Below, piece by piece: positions 25,752 through 35,501 of a stretch of 50,908 nucleotides of DNA. How positions within the stretch are numbered: position 1 is the first letter of the stretch; each line of letters opens with the position of its first letter. The DNA comes from Gammaproteobacteria bacterium (lineage in GTDB: Bacteria; Pseudomonadota; Gammaproteobacteria; Steroidobacterales; Steroidobacteraceae), in NCBI GenBank assembly GCA_030831085.1, contig JAURLT010000033.1, positions 1 to 50,908 of the forward strand, written 5' to 3'. The position numbers were made by a program, and so were the translations under genes. The notes below the pieces were generated by a model. The model was not told the origin of the DNA and did no database searches. It saw nothing but the letters and a program-made list of their open reading frames with translations.

Positions 25752-26954
25752 TCAGCGTTCGAGCAGGTCCTCTTCCACTGCGTAGAAGGCCGAGTGTTGG
25801 CCTTTGCGAGCCAGGTCGCCCCCCGTTATGTAGAAGGCTACGCCAGTTCCAGAGTCTCTGTCGATCCAGAGTCCCGACACCAGCCCATAGGCGTCGCCGC
25901 CGTGGCCGACCCGTTCCACGCCGTCGCCAAAGCCGTCGTCGTCGCAGACCGGTCGCTGCGTGGCCAGTGTCTGGGTGGCAAGGCCATAGCGACAAAAGAA
26001 GGCACCGCCTGGGTCGCCGGTTTCCGCCTCGTAGGTCGCGCCGTTCACGCCGTTGAATTCCCACAGGGGACGAAACATCTCATCTACCGACTCCGGCATC
26101 AGCAGGCGCACGCCATTGAGTTCGCCGCCCTGCAGAAGCAGCCGACCGATTTTTGCCAGGTCGAGCGCCGAAATGCGCAGCCCTCCCTGGGGGCCAAACA
26201 GGCCACCGTTCTCGCCGGGCTGCCAGGCGTCCAGATCGCAGGAGCCGTCCGGTGCAGCGACCACCGGGCAGGCCGGTCGCTGGCCGCCCAGCGCGTCCAC
26301 GCCCACCTCGCCACTGGCGCGGTAGATCACCACGGCCCGGGCGATGGCCTGGTCGGAACAGCTCGCCCAGTTGTAGCAGGCATCGATGCCCAGCGGGTCC
26401 AGCACCAGCCGGTCCATCAGCCGGTCGAAGCGCTCGCCGGTGACGCGTTCCATGACGGCAGCCACCACCACGAAATTGAGGTTGGTGTACTGGAACCATT
26501 CGCCGGGCCCATAGTCCGCATTCCAGGCCGCGGGATTCTCGACCAGCTCCCGGGTGCGACTTGCGGCATGCGACACATAGCCGCCCTCGTCGGTCAGTCC
26601 CGAACGGTGCGACATGAGCAGGCGCAGGCTGATGGGCGTGTCGGGATGGGCCGGATGGCGCAGCGACCAGCCCAGGTAGGCGGAGACATCCCCATCGAGG
26701 TCAAGCTGGCCCTGTTCGACCAGTCGCATCAGGCCGATGGCCAGCACCAGCTTGGAAATCGAGGCAATGCGCACGGGATCCTCGGCGGTGACCTTGCGCC
26801 CCGACTCGCGGTCAGCCCAGCCATGCGCCAGCACGCGGGTCGGGCCCGATCGGTCGAAGTCGACCCTGACCTCGGCGCCGAACGGTTCGGCCTCCCGGGC
26901 GCAACCGGTCAGCAACAGGGCACAGGCGGCGGCAACTAGCCAGGCTGATCTCAT
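25752..26954 (-). CDS. Beta-lactamase-family serine hydrolase (class C/esterase/DD-peptidase fold) lipoprotein
   Basis: The ATG at 26954 gives MRSAWLVAAACALLLTGCA (LTGC lipobox); the track's longer start is at 27137. The SxxK motif is RIASISKLVLA. About 400 aa. ATGA overlap with the upstream paralog. Confidence 0.65.
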   Translation of the reverse strand: MRSAWLVAAACALLLTGCAREAEPFGAEVRVDFDRSGPTRVLAHGWADRESGRKVTAEDPVRIASISKLVLAIGLMRLVEQGQLDLDGDVSAYLGWSLRHPAHPDTPISLRLLMSHRSGLTDEGGYVSHAASRTRELVENPAAWNADYGPGEWFQYTNLNFVVVAAVMERVTGERFDRLMDRLVLDPLGIDACYNWASCSDQAIARAVVIYRASGEVGVDALGGQRPACPVVAAPDGSCDLDAWQPGENGGLFGPQGGLRISALDLAKIGRLLLQGGELNGVRLLMPESVDEMFRPLWEFNGVNGATYEAETGDPGGAFFCRYGLATQTLATQRPVCDDDGFGDGVERVGHGGDAYGLVSGLWIDRDSGTGVAFYITGGDLARKGQHSAFYAVEEDLLER

Positions 26955-28480
26955 GGGCAGGTCTCCGTTGAGGTCGGTGCGCCAGCCTCCAGCAGGCGCA
27001 GCTCCAGGTGCTGGATCAGCGGGGGCTGGATGGGAGCCAAAGTAATCTCGAACAGCACCGGCCCGTGCTCGCAGTTCATGGTCCACTGACCGCGCAGCGC
27101 GTTGGGCAGCCGGGTATAGCCATCGCTGCGGATGCACCGCCCGGCGGCTGCCGAAGTTTCCAGGAATTGTTGCCGTCGCTTGGCCAGCGAACGGTCGAGA
27201 AACAGGTTATTGGCCGCGATCCTCCGGGCCAGCCCATCGTCCCATTGCTCGAACAGGGACTCGACGTCGGCACGAGCACGGGTAAGCGCTGCCGAGGGCA
27301 CTGGCTGGCGCTGATGCAATACGCCGGCTGCGTCGAGTTGCGCGAAGACCTGGTCGAATACCGTGCTCCAACTCAGGTAGGTGCGGTTGCCCATGGCCAC
27401 CAACCCGATGCCGTACTCGGGCAGCCAGCGCATCTGCGAGCCAAAGCCGGGCAGTCCGCCGGTATGACCTGCAATCTGGCCGAAGCGGCAGTCCTGCCAG
27501 CTGCGCAGTCCATAGCCGTAACCGCCCGCAAACAGCACGGTCTGGCCCTCCGCATCGCGAGTGACTCGCGCCGATCGGCTGCGCCAGATCTGCTGCATTT
27601 CACGGAGCGAGGCGCGGGACAGGGGCAGGGTGTCCTCGCCGTCGCGGGCCGGGAATGCGGCAGTGAACATCCCGACATAACGGGCCAGGTCCTCCACCGA
27701 GGACAGCATGCCGCCCATCGCGCCAAAAGCCCCGTGCGCGGGCTGCGATTCAACGGAATGCACGCCGTCCTCGAACCGATAGCCTTCGCTACGTTGCGAG
27801 TCGGGCACCGACGCGGGCTCGAGGGTAGTGGAGCGCATGCCCAGCGGCTCCAGGATGTGCCGCTGCACGTAGTCCGCGTAACCCATACCGGACACGCGGC
27901 TGACCACACGCCCGAGCAGGGCGAAGCCCACGTTGGAATACTCGTACTCGGTGCCCGGTGCAGTGGAGAACGGCACTCCCTGGGTGAGCAACTCGGTAAA
28001 GGATTCCTCCGGCAGGTCCAGCTGACGGTCGCCCCAGGGATTGTCTTCCGGGAAGCCGCCGCTGTGGGTCAGCAGCTGGCGCAGGGTGATGCGAGGTGAA
28101 TCGCTGGTCGGATAAGGCAGATCGCGCAATTCAGGGAGAAACCTTTCCACGGGGTCGTCCAGCGACAGCTTGCCGGCATCCCTTAACTGAAGAATGGCCA
28201 CGGCGGTAAAGCTCTTGGTCATGGAAGCGATGCGAAAAACCGTGTCCGGCCCAACAGGGGTATCGGTGCCTAGCTGGCGAAGCCCCGTACTGCCAGCGTG
28301 GACCAGGCGGCCATCGACCACCAGGCCCCAGGCAGCCCCGGGCACGTTTTCACGGGCGGCGAACTCCGTGAACGCGGTGTCGAGAGCGTCCAGCACCGCG
28401 GCGGGGAGGTGGCTGGCCCGGCTCGGCGGGCCACTAGCCAACGTCAGGCACAGGAGCAATGAACAAGTTAAGCGCTTCAT
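26951..28480 (-). CDS. Beta-lactamase-family serine hydrolase with a C-terminal extension domain
   Basis: Signal peptide MKRLTCSLLLCLTLASG. The SxxK motif is RIASMTKSFTAVAIL. 509 aa. Confidence 0.65.
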   Translation of the reverse strand: MKRLTCSLLLCLTLASGPPSRASHLPAAVLDALDTAFTEFAARENVPGAAWGLVVDGRLVHAGSTGLRQLGTDTPVGPDTVFRIASMTKSFTAVAILQLRDAGKLSLDDPVERFLPELRDLPYPTSDSPRITLRQLLTHSGGFPEDNPWGDRQLDLPEESFTELLTQGVPFSTAPGTEYEYSNVGFALLGRVVSRVSGMGYADYVQRHILEPLGMRSTTLEPASVPDSQRSEGYRFEDGVHSVESQPAHGAFGAMGGMLSSVEDLARYVGMFTAAFPARDGEDTLPLSRASLREMQQIWRSRSARVTRDAEGQTVLFAGGYGYGLRSWQDCRFGQIAGHTGGLPGFGSQMRWLPEYGIGLVAMGNRTYLSWSTVFDQVFAQLDAAGVLHQRQPVPSAALTRARADVESLFEQWDDGLARRIAANNLFLDRSLAKRRQQFLETSAAAGRCIRSDGYTRLPNALRGQWTMNCEHGPVLFEITLAPIQPPLIQHLELRLLEAGAPTSTETCP

Positions 28481-28656
28481 GTCGCCAAGTTAACCGATAG
28501 TCTGCGACGCCCCAAGCCCACGTTTGTCTCATTTAAACAACGCTATAGCGCGTGATTGCGCCAACCCGAAGGCGGGTGTTGCCCAAACAGCACAATGTGG
28601 TATTTTCATTATAACGACACAATGACTGAGCGCTAAACAACAACAGCAACACACAG

Positions 28657-28663
28657 AAAGGAG
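28657..28663 (+). promoter_or_regulatory. Shine-Dalgarno AAAGGAG about 11 nt upstream of the TonB-receptor ATG
   Basis: Read directly: acacagaaaggagtacggatcaccATG. Confidence 0.45.
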
Positions 28664-28674
28664 TACGGATCACC

Positions 28675-31059
28675 ATGAAGAGCAAGCTATCGATCGGCGG
28701 TTCTCTATGGCTGGGAGCATCGCTGGCCCTGCCCATTCAGGCACAAGAGGTGGCTAAGGCGTCCGCTGAGACTGCCACGCAACTTCAGGAAATCACCGTC
28801 ACCGCCACCAAGCGGGACGCGCTGGCGCACAAGATTCCGTATAACGTCACCGCCATCGGTGAATCCGAGCTACGTGCCGAGAACATCACCGACATCAAGT
28901 CGCTGATCGCCAACAGCGTCGGTATCGATGCGCCGCAGAACGGTGCCCGCTTTACTGATTCGGTCACGGTACGTGGCTTGAATATCTCGCGTGCAGATGC
29001 CAACAACCTCGAATGGTTCACCCGCAGCACGCTGGCCTACTACCTCGACGATGCGCCGCTGCCGTTCATGGCCTACCGCATCAAGGACGTCGCGCGTGTG
29101 GAGACCCTGCTCGGTCCGCAGGGCACCCTCTTCGGCGGAGGCGCCCTGGGGGGCGCCGTGCGCTACATCACCAACCAGCCCAAGATCGGCGAAATGGAAG
29201 CGCGTATTTCCACCAGCTTCTACCAGACCAAAAACGGCGGGCTGTCCAACGATACCGATGCGATGGTAAACCTGCCGCTGGGCGACACGGTGGCGTTGCG
29301 CATCTCGCTCGCTCGCCTTGATGAGAAGGGGTACACCGACCGCTATGCCGCCACGCCCGATTACCTGAGCGACTCGCCGTGGACGCCGCTGCCCAATGGT
29401 TCCAAGGACGTCTACAAGGATGATGACTGGAACGAGGTGGAAGGCGGCCGGATCGCCCTGCGCTGGCAGGCGTCGGAAAACTTCGCCCTCACCCTGTCAC
29501 ACATCGACCAGTCCCAGACCGCGCATGGCACGCGCGGAGCGCAACTGGTGGTCGGGTTCGGTGACCCGGGGCGCTACACGGCACCTCAGGCGTTCAATTC
29601 CCAAACGGTGCTGTCGCGTTACCCCGAATACCTGGATCGCGACTTCCGCATGTCGACCCTGAGCTTCGAGTGGGACCTTGGCTTCGCCAACCTGACTTCA
29701 TCGACCTCGGACTACGAGGACATTCGCGAAGGCGAGGCCGACTACCTGGCCTATGGGTCCTTCTTCTACGGCACCCTGGGTTTCTCGCCCTTTGAACTCG
29801 GCAACCCGAACTGGGCCGGTGAGACCTCCTACATCACCTTCGATAACCGCAACAGCGGACTGCTGCACGAGACGCGGCTGGTCTCTGCTGGCGACGGTCC
29901 GCTCAGCTGGGTGGTGGGCGTCTACTATGCCGACCAGGATCGTCAGCAGCAGTTCTCGGAGTGGATGCCGGGGCTTGAGCCCTACAAGTTCGGCGGTGGC
30001 CGCACCGATGAGGGCTACAACGAAAACCAGGCTGGTGACTTCACCGAGAGCGCACTGTTCGGCGAGTTGTCCTACCAGGTTACTCCTAAGCTGACCCTGA
30101 CCGGTGGCGCCCGGCTGTTCTCCTACGAGGACAAGTCGCTGAACCGTGTCGAAGACTACGCCTTCGACCTGGTCACCGGCACCAAGGTGGACAAGGAGAA
30201 GAAGAGCGGCGAGTCCTACTTCAAGTTCAACGCCTCCTACGAAATCACCGACGACTTCCTGGGCTACGCCACCTTCTCCCAGGGCTTCCGCCGTGGCGGT
30301 GCCAACAACTGGCGCGAGGGGCCCGAGTGCTTCACCTGTGGCGGGGCGATCTCGGACGAGTTGCGCAACTACCAGCCGGATACGACCGATAACTACGAAC
30401 TGGGCCTGAAGGGCTTCCTGCTCGACCGGCGCCTGTACCTGCAGGCCAGCCTGTTCGCCATCGACTGGAACGATCCCCAGACCTACTTCTCGCAGGACGT
30501 GAACTTCTTCCCGGTCAACGGCACCACCAACGGTCCGGACGCCCGGTCGGAAGGCTACGAGCTACAGGGTAACTTCCTGCTCGGTGCGGGGTTCCAGTTC
30601 TCGTTTGCCACCAACCGCACCGAAGCGGAGTGGGACGAGACCAAGACCCTCTGCCTGTACGCCAATGGCACCTCCTGCCGGACCTACAACAAGGGCGGCA
30701 AGCTGGGCGGTACGGCCAAGGACAAGTACACGCTGGGCCTGCGCTGGCGGGGTTCCACCAGTGGTGGTCTCGACCTGAACGCCTCAGCGCGCATGCGTTA
30801 CCAGGGCAAGAAGCAGTCGGATCGTGGTGACAACCCGGACTCGGTCATTTTCGCCTATCCTAGCTACTCCACGCTAAACCTCAATTTCGGAGCGGCGACG
30901 GATAAATGGGACCTGAACGTCTGGATCAACAACGCTACCGACGAGGACAAGGTGGTTTCCTTCCAGGGAACCTCCTTGATCGGCAACATCACCGGCCTGC
31001 GGGCGATCTACCTGCAGCCGCGCACCATCGGGACGACCTTCAGCTACTACTTCCGCTGA
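28675..31059 (+). CDS. TonB-dependent outer-membrane receptor
   Basis: Signal peptide, then a plug domain (ITVTATKRDALAHKIPYNVTAIG, NLEWFTRSTLAYYLDDAPLPFMAY), then a long beta-barrel. 794 aa. The C-terminus is unusual: ...FSYYFR. Confidence 0.8.
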   Translation: MKSKLSIGGSLWLGASLALPIQAQEVAKASAETATQLQEITVTATKRDALAHKIPYNVTAIGESELRAENITDIKSLIANSVGIDAPQNGARFTDSVTVRGLNISRADANNLEWFTRSTLAYYLDDAPLPFMAYRIKDVARVETLLGPQGTLFGGGALGGAVRYITNQPKIGEMEARISTSFYQTKNGGLSNDTDAMVNLPLGDTVALRISLARLDEKGYTDRYAATPDYLSDSPWTPLPNGSKDVYKDDDWNEVEGGRIALRWQASENFALTLSHIDQSQTAHGTRGAQLVVGFGDPGRYTAPQAFNSQTVLSRYPEYLDRDFRMSTLSFEWDLGFANLTSSTSDYEDIREGEADYLAYGSFFYGTLGFSPFELGNPNWAGETSYITFDNRNSGLLHETRLVSAGDGPLSWVVGVYYADQDRQQQFSEWMPGLEPYKFGGGRTDEGYNENQAGDFTESALFGELSYQVTPKLTLTGGARLFSYEDKSLNRVEDYAFDLVTGTKVDKEKKSGESYFKFNASYEITDDFLGYATFSQGFRRGGANNWREGPECFTCGGAISDELRNYQPDTTDNYELGLKGFLLDRRLYLQASLFAIDWNDPQTYFSQDVNFFPVNGTTNGPDARSEGYELQGNFLLGAGFQFSFATNRTEAEWDETKTLCLYANGTSCRTYNKGGKLGGTAKDKYTLGLRWRGSTSGGLDLNASARMRYQGKKQSDRGDNPDSVIFAYPSYSTLNLNFGAATDKWDLNVWINNATDEDKVVSFQGTSLIGNITGLRAIYLQPRTIGTTFSYYFR

Positions 31060-31086
31060 TCGTCGCCGGCCGACAGTCCTTAGGCT

Positions 31087-32562
31087 GTGTTCGGCCCGCT
31101 TGATTGGGCGGTCACCGGCGCGTACTTCGCGCTGGTGACCGTCGTCGGTCATCTGTCGAGCCGCCGCGGCTCGACGCTGAACGAATACCTGCTCGCCTCG
31201 CGTTCGCTCCCCTGGCCGGCGGTGTCGGCCAGTATCGTCGCCACCACGGTCAGCGGCGTCACCTTCATCGGCGTCCCCGCCCTGGTGTTCGCCCAGGGGG
31301 GTGACTTCCGCTACCTGCAGTTCACCGTGGCCGGTGTCATTGCTAAGGCGGCGCTCGGTTATTGGATCCTGCCCCGAATGTACGCGGGAGAATTCAGCAG
31401 CCCCTACCAGTTCATCCGCGCCCAGCTCGGTCCCCGCCTGGGGGGCGCCTCGGCCCTGCTGTTTTTTGTGGGCGCCGTGCTCGGCCAGGGCGTACGGGTG
31501 TTCGCGGTGGCGCTGGTGCTGGAACTGCTCACCGGGCTCGATATGGAGCTCTGCGTGCTGGTGATCGTGGTGTTTTCCACCCTGCACACCTGGATGGGAG
31601 GCATCCGCGCCGTGGTCTGGACCGATGCCATCCAGTTTGTGGTGCTGGTGGCCGGCGGTCTCCTCGCGATCGCCTTCGTCGCCCAGGGTGGGGCAGGGGG
31701 CTTCGGTGCGGTGCTGGAGGCTGGTTCAGAGGCGGGCAAGCTGCGCACCTTCGACTTCACCGCCGACCCACGCGTGCAGTTCACCTTCTGGGCCGGCGTA
31801 TTTGCCATGCCTTTCCAGAACCTGGCTGCCTACGGCTCCGATCAGATCAACATCCAGCGCATGCTGTGCTGCCGTAACCTGCGTGATGCCCGCGTCGCCC
31901 TGTACGTCAGCAACTTCGGGGAACTGGTGGTGGTGCTGTTTCTGTGCGTCGGACTCTCCCTGTGGTGGTTCTATGGTCACCATCCCCTGGACGGGTCCTT
32001 CGCAGCCCTGGTCGCCGAGCGTGCGGACCGGATCTTTCCTGCTTTCATCCTCACCGAGCTGCCAGCAGGGGTGAAGGGCCTGATGGTGGCGGGCGTATTC
32101 GCCGCGGCGATGTCGAGTCTCGATTCCGTGCTTGCGGCCCTTTCCCAGGTAACGCTCACAATGTTCCACAAGGGCCACCTGACCGGTGAGCTGACCGACG
32201 CCCGTGCAGTAACGCTGTCGCGCATTTTCGTGGCAGTGTGGGGCGTGATACTCGGCGCATTTGCCCTGCTGGTGTCCGGATCTGGCGAGGCGTTGGTCCC
32301 CCTGGCCTTTGCCATGACCGCCTATACCTATGGGCCGATGCTGGGACTCCTGCTGCTGGCGCTGTTCGTACCGGTGAAGCGGATCGGCAGCGCCACGCTG
32401 GGGGTGGTGGTGTCCATGGTCGGCGTCCTGCTGGTCCATAACGCGAAGAATTTCGGCTTTACGGATGGCACCGACCTGGTGGCCTTCCCCTGGCTCTTCC
32501 CGCTGGGCGTGCTGCTCTGCCTGGGGACGGCACTGCTGCCTTGGGGGCGGCGGGCTACGTGA
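31087..32562 (+). CDS. Sodium:solute symporter (SSS) family transporter
   Basis: GTG start. 491 aa. The N-terminal block (GHLSSRRGSTLNEYLLASRSLPWPAVSASIVATTVSGVTFIGVP) and the overall topology fit the SSS family. Confidence 0.65.
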   Translation: MFGPLDWAVTGAYFALVTVVGHLSSRRGSTLNEYLLASRSLPWPAVSASIVATTVSGVTFIGVPALVFAQGGDFRYLQFTVAGVIAKAALGYWILPRMYAGEFSSPYQFIRAQLGPRLGGASALLFFVGAVLGQGVRVFAVALVLELLTGLDMELCVLVIVVFSTLHTWMGGIRAVVWTDAIQFVVLVAGGLLAIAFVAQGGAGGFGAVLEAGSEAGKLRTFDFTADPRVQFTFWAGVFAMPFQNLAAYGSDQINIQRMLCCRNLRDARVALYVSNFGELVVVLFLCVGLSLWWFYGHHPLDGSFAALVAERADRIFPAFILTELPAGVKGLMVAGVFAAAMSSLDSVLAALSQVTLTMFHKGHLTGELTDARAVTLSRIFVAVWGVILGAFALLVSGSGEALVPLAFAMTAYTYGPMLGLLLLALFVPVKRIGSATLGVVVSMVGVLLVHNAKNFGFTDGTDLVAFPWLFPLGVLLCLGTALLPWGRRAT

Positions 32563-33710
32563 TTCGCTATCTGTGCCCGGACGCCGTCCTGCTCGAAGGT
32601 CGCCTTCAAGCCGGTCATGCCGTGGCCCTCACCGGTGCCATCATCGAGTCCGTCCTGCCGCTCGAAGCAGTGCCTGCGGAAGCTGAGCGCGAGGTCCTGT
32701 CGGGACTGCTCGCCCCGGGCTTCATCGACCTGCAGGTGAACGGCGGTGGAGACCTCCTGTTTAACGACCAGCCGGACCTGGATGGTCTGCGTCGCATTGC
32801 TGCCGCCCATGCCGCGCTGGGCACGACGGGCTTCCTGCCCACGGTGATCACGGATTCGCCAGCGGTGCTCGAGTCTGCGCTGAACGCCGTAGAGGCCGCG
32901 GCTGCGCAACGGATGCCGGGTGTGCTCGGCTTGCACGTCGAGGGCCCCTTTATCGAGCCGGCCAGGGCGGGCATACACGCGACTGGGCATATTCGTGCGC
33001 TCGATGACTCCATGCTTGAGCGGCTCCTTGCGTTCAGGGGTGGCGGGTTGCTGGTGACGCTCGCACCCGAGTGCGTTCCACCCGGCGTAATCCGTCGCCT
33101 GGTCGACGCTGGAGTGGTGGTGGCTGCCGGGCACACCAACGCCAGCTATGAGCAAATCAGGTCCGCGATGGACGAGGGGCTTTCGGGCTTCACGCACTTG
33201 TTCAACGCCATGGCGCAGCTGACGGCCCGCCAGCCGGGCGTCGTGGGTGCAGCGCTCGATGCAAGCGATTGCTGGGCCTCGGTGATCGTCGACGGGCACC
33301 ACGTTCATCCCGCAGCGCTCAGGATCGCCCTGACCTGTCTGGGTGATGGGCGGATGGTGCTGGTGTCCGATGCGATGCCGCCGGTCGGCGGTCGCAATTC
33401 ACGCTTCCGCTTACAGGGACGGGAGATCACCGTCGAGGACGGCCGCTGCGTCTCGGCGGAGGGCACGCTGGCCGGGGCAGCCATCGCGCTCGCCGATGCC
33501 GTGCGTCGCGCGCGTGACGAGATGCGTGTCCCGCTGGAGGCGGCGATCAGCATGGCGACCCGGGCCCCTGCTCGTGCCCTGGGCGTCGAAAGAGGCGAGA
33601 TCGAGGCAGGCCAACCCGCGGATCTAGTGCTGCTGGATGAGACCGGCGCGGTGCAGGGCACCTGGGTGGGCGGTCAGGTGGTCGAGCCCCCCACCTGGAG
33701 CACGACCTGA
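32559..33710 (+). CDS. nagA: N-acetylglucosamine-6-phosphate deacetylase
   Basis: The track starts at a TTG at 32541. The GTG at 32559 gives a GTGA overlap with the SSS stop and a VIRYL... start. GFIDLQVNGGGD matches the NagA GFIDxQxNG metal-site motif. About 383 aa. Confidence 0.75.
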   Translation: MIRYLCPDAVLLEGRLQAGHAVALTGAIIESVLPLEAVPAEAEREVLSGLLAPGFIDLQVNGGGDLLFNDQPDLDGLRRIAAAHAALGTTGFLPTVITDSPAVLESALNAVEAAAAQRMPGVLGLHVEGPFIEPARAGIHATGHIRALDDSMLERLLAFRGGGLLVTLAPECVPPGVIRRLVDAGVVVAAGHTNASYEQIRSAMDEGLSGFTHLFNAMAQLTARQPGVVGAALDASDCWASVIVDGHHVHPAALRIALTCLGDGRMVLVSDAMPPVGGRNSRFRLQGREITVEDGRCVSAEGTLAGAAIALADAVRRARDEMRVPLEAAISMATRAPARALGVERGEIEAGQPADLVLLDETGAVQGTWVGGQVVEPPTWSTT

Positions 33711-34579
33711 CCCGGTGGCAGCCCGCGGGTGCGGGCAAGGTGGATAGCGCCAGACAAGGGATCTCCCAGGGGTTCGCGGAGGCGCAGCCGTACGCTGACG
33801 GCCAGCCAGTCGTGAATACGTTTGGAGAGCCCGCCCATCAGGCAGCAGTGTGGCACGCCGCGATCGAACAGCATGCCGATCAACTGATCGATACGATGGG
33901 CGCATTCCTGGACGATCGGCTCTGCCACCGCGTCGCCACGCTCCGCAAAGTCCATCACCAGCGGCGCAAAGGAGGCGTAGTCCCTTGCCGTGGCCGTATC
34001 GGTCCAGGTGATCACCTCGCCCGCCGATCCGGAAAAGTGGGCGAGGATGGCCTCGGTCATGGGCGAATGATCGAGCCTTCCGTCGCGGGCCCACAGCGAG
34101 CGGCGGATGGCTTGCATGCCGAGATCGGCGCCGCTGCCCTCGTCAGAGACCGGAAATCCGTAACCACCTACCGAGACGATTTCCTCGCCAATGCGACCGA
34201 AGCCAATGCTGCCGGTACCCACCACGACGATGCCGCCGTCGGCCCCATCATGGGCGCCGATGCAGGCGATCGAGGCGTCGCTGGCGATGGCGAGGGTCTC
34301 GAAGGGGAAGGGGTGGGCGCGAAGCCCCGGGAGCACGCCGCGCCGGTTCAGTCCGGCAATGCCAAGGCCCGCGCGAATACCGGCGCTCGCCGCGCCCTCG
34401 ACTCCTGCGGCTGTTGCCGCAGCACGCCAGGCCAGGTTGATTTCATGCAGGCAGCGATCCAGCCCGAGCCGCGTATTGGCGGGGCCCGCTTCGCCCTCAC
34501 CCATCACGGTTCCGTCCTCGTCAACCAGCCGGGCACGGGTATGGGTGCCTCCCGCATCAATGCCGAGATACAGGCTCAT
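33674..34579 (-). CDS. BadF/BadG/BcrA/BcrD-type ATPase; N-acetylglucosamine/N-acetylmuramate kinase (MurK/NAGK-like)
   Basis: The ATG at 34579 gives MSLYLGIDAGGTHTRARLVDEDG (ASKHA phosphate-1 motif). The track's longer N-terminus would overlap murQ. About 301 aa. Confidence 0.65.
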   Translation of the reverse strand: MSLYLGIDAGGTHTRARLVDEDGTVMGEGEAGPANTRLGLDRCLHEINLAWRAAATAAGVEGAASAGIRAGLGIAGLNRRGVLPGLRAHPFPFETLAIASDASIACIGAHDGADGGIVVVGTGSIGFGRIGEEIVSVGGYGFPVSDEGSGADLGMQAIRRSLWARDGRLDHSPMTEAILAHFSGSAGEVITWTDTATARDYASFAPLVMDFAERGDAVAEPIVQECAHRIDQLIGMLFDRGVPHCCLMGGLSKRIHDWLAVSVRLRLREPLGDPLSGAIHLARTRGLPPGQVVLQVGGSTT

Positions 34580-34607
34580 GGCTACAATTCTAGCCCACGG
34601 AGGGCAG

Positions 34608-35501
34608 ATGGCGACTGAGGGCATCGACGAACGCTATGCGGGCCTGGACAACTGGCCGGCCGAAAGGTTGGTCAGCGCGTTATTGGAAGCCAAGATCGCG
34701 GCGCTGGATACGGTCCGGTCTCAAGCCGTGCTGGTGGGGAGGGCCATCGAAGCCGCGGCAGCCCGTCTGGAGCGGGAGGGACGCCTGATCTATGCGGGTG
34801 CCGGCACCTCCGGGCGGGTGGCGGTGCAGGACGGGGTCGAATTGCAGCCGACCTTTGGCTGGCCGCGCGAGCGGCTGGCCTATCTGATGGCAGGCGGCAC
34901 GGCGGCGCTGGAGCGCAGCGTCGAGGGTGCGGAGGACGACGCCAGGGCCGGACGTAAGGCGTTGCTGGCGCTCGCGCCCGGGCCGGCCGACGTGGTGCTG
35001 GCCGTGGCGGCCAGCGGGCGCACTCCGTACACGGTAGCGGTGGCCGAGACCGCTCGCGCCGCGGGCGCGCTGGTCATCGGCATTGCCTGCAACCCGGACA
35101 CCCCGCTGCTGGCCGCGGCCGACCATCCCCTGTGTGTGGGAGGTGCTGCAGAGATCGTGGCAGGTTCCACCCGACTGAGTTCAGGCACTGCGCAAAAGGC
35201 GGCGCTGAACGCGATCTCTACCGGCGTGATGGTCCGCCTGGGACGGGTCTACGGCAATCTCATGGTCGGCATGCAGGTGACCAACGACAAGCTGCGGCGG
35301 CGGGCAGTCGCCATGGTGGCGCGGCTGGCCCGCGTCGATGAGCGGCAGGCGGCCACGCAGCTTGGGATAGCCTCTGACGACATTCGGCTGGCCGTTCTCC
35401 TGGCGCTGGGTGTTCCGGGCGATCGTGCGGCGTCGGCGCTGGCTGACGCCGGGGGGCGGTTGGGTGAGGCGGCCCGCTTGCTTGGCCTCGACGCGCCATG
35501 A
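34608..35501 (+). CDS. murQ: N-acetylmuramic acid 6-phosphate etherase (SIS domain)
   Basis: The in-frame ATG at 34608 gives MATEGIDERYAGLDNWPAERLVSAL; the track's 34191 start runs antisense through the kinase. GAGTSGRVAVQDGVEL and TPYTVAVAE fit MurQ. 297 aa. Confidence 0.75.
   Translation: MATEGIDERYAGLDNWPAERLVSALLEAKIAALDTVRSQAVLVGRAIEAAAARLEREGRLIYAGAGTSGRVAVQDGVELQPTFGWPRERLAYLMAGGTAALERSVEGAEDDARAGRKALLALAPGPADVVLAVAASGRTPYTVAVAETARAAGALVIGIACNPDTPLLAAADHPLCVGGAAEIVAGSTRLSSGTAQKAALNAISTGVMVRLGRVYGNLMVGMQVTNDKLRRRAVAMVARLARVDERQAATQLGIASDDIRLAVLLALGVPGDRAASALADAGGRLGEAARLLGLDAP

Noticed and set aside
34191-34607. The N-terminal 139 aa extension of the murQ ORF as given in the track (MRPKPMLPVPTTT...).
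   Set aside because: The extension runs antisense through the kinase gene, is Pro/Ala/Ser-rich with no SIS-domain similarity, and an in-frame ATG at 34608 yields a normal-length MurQ (297 aa).
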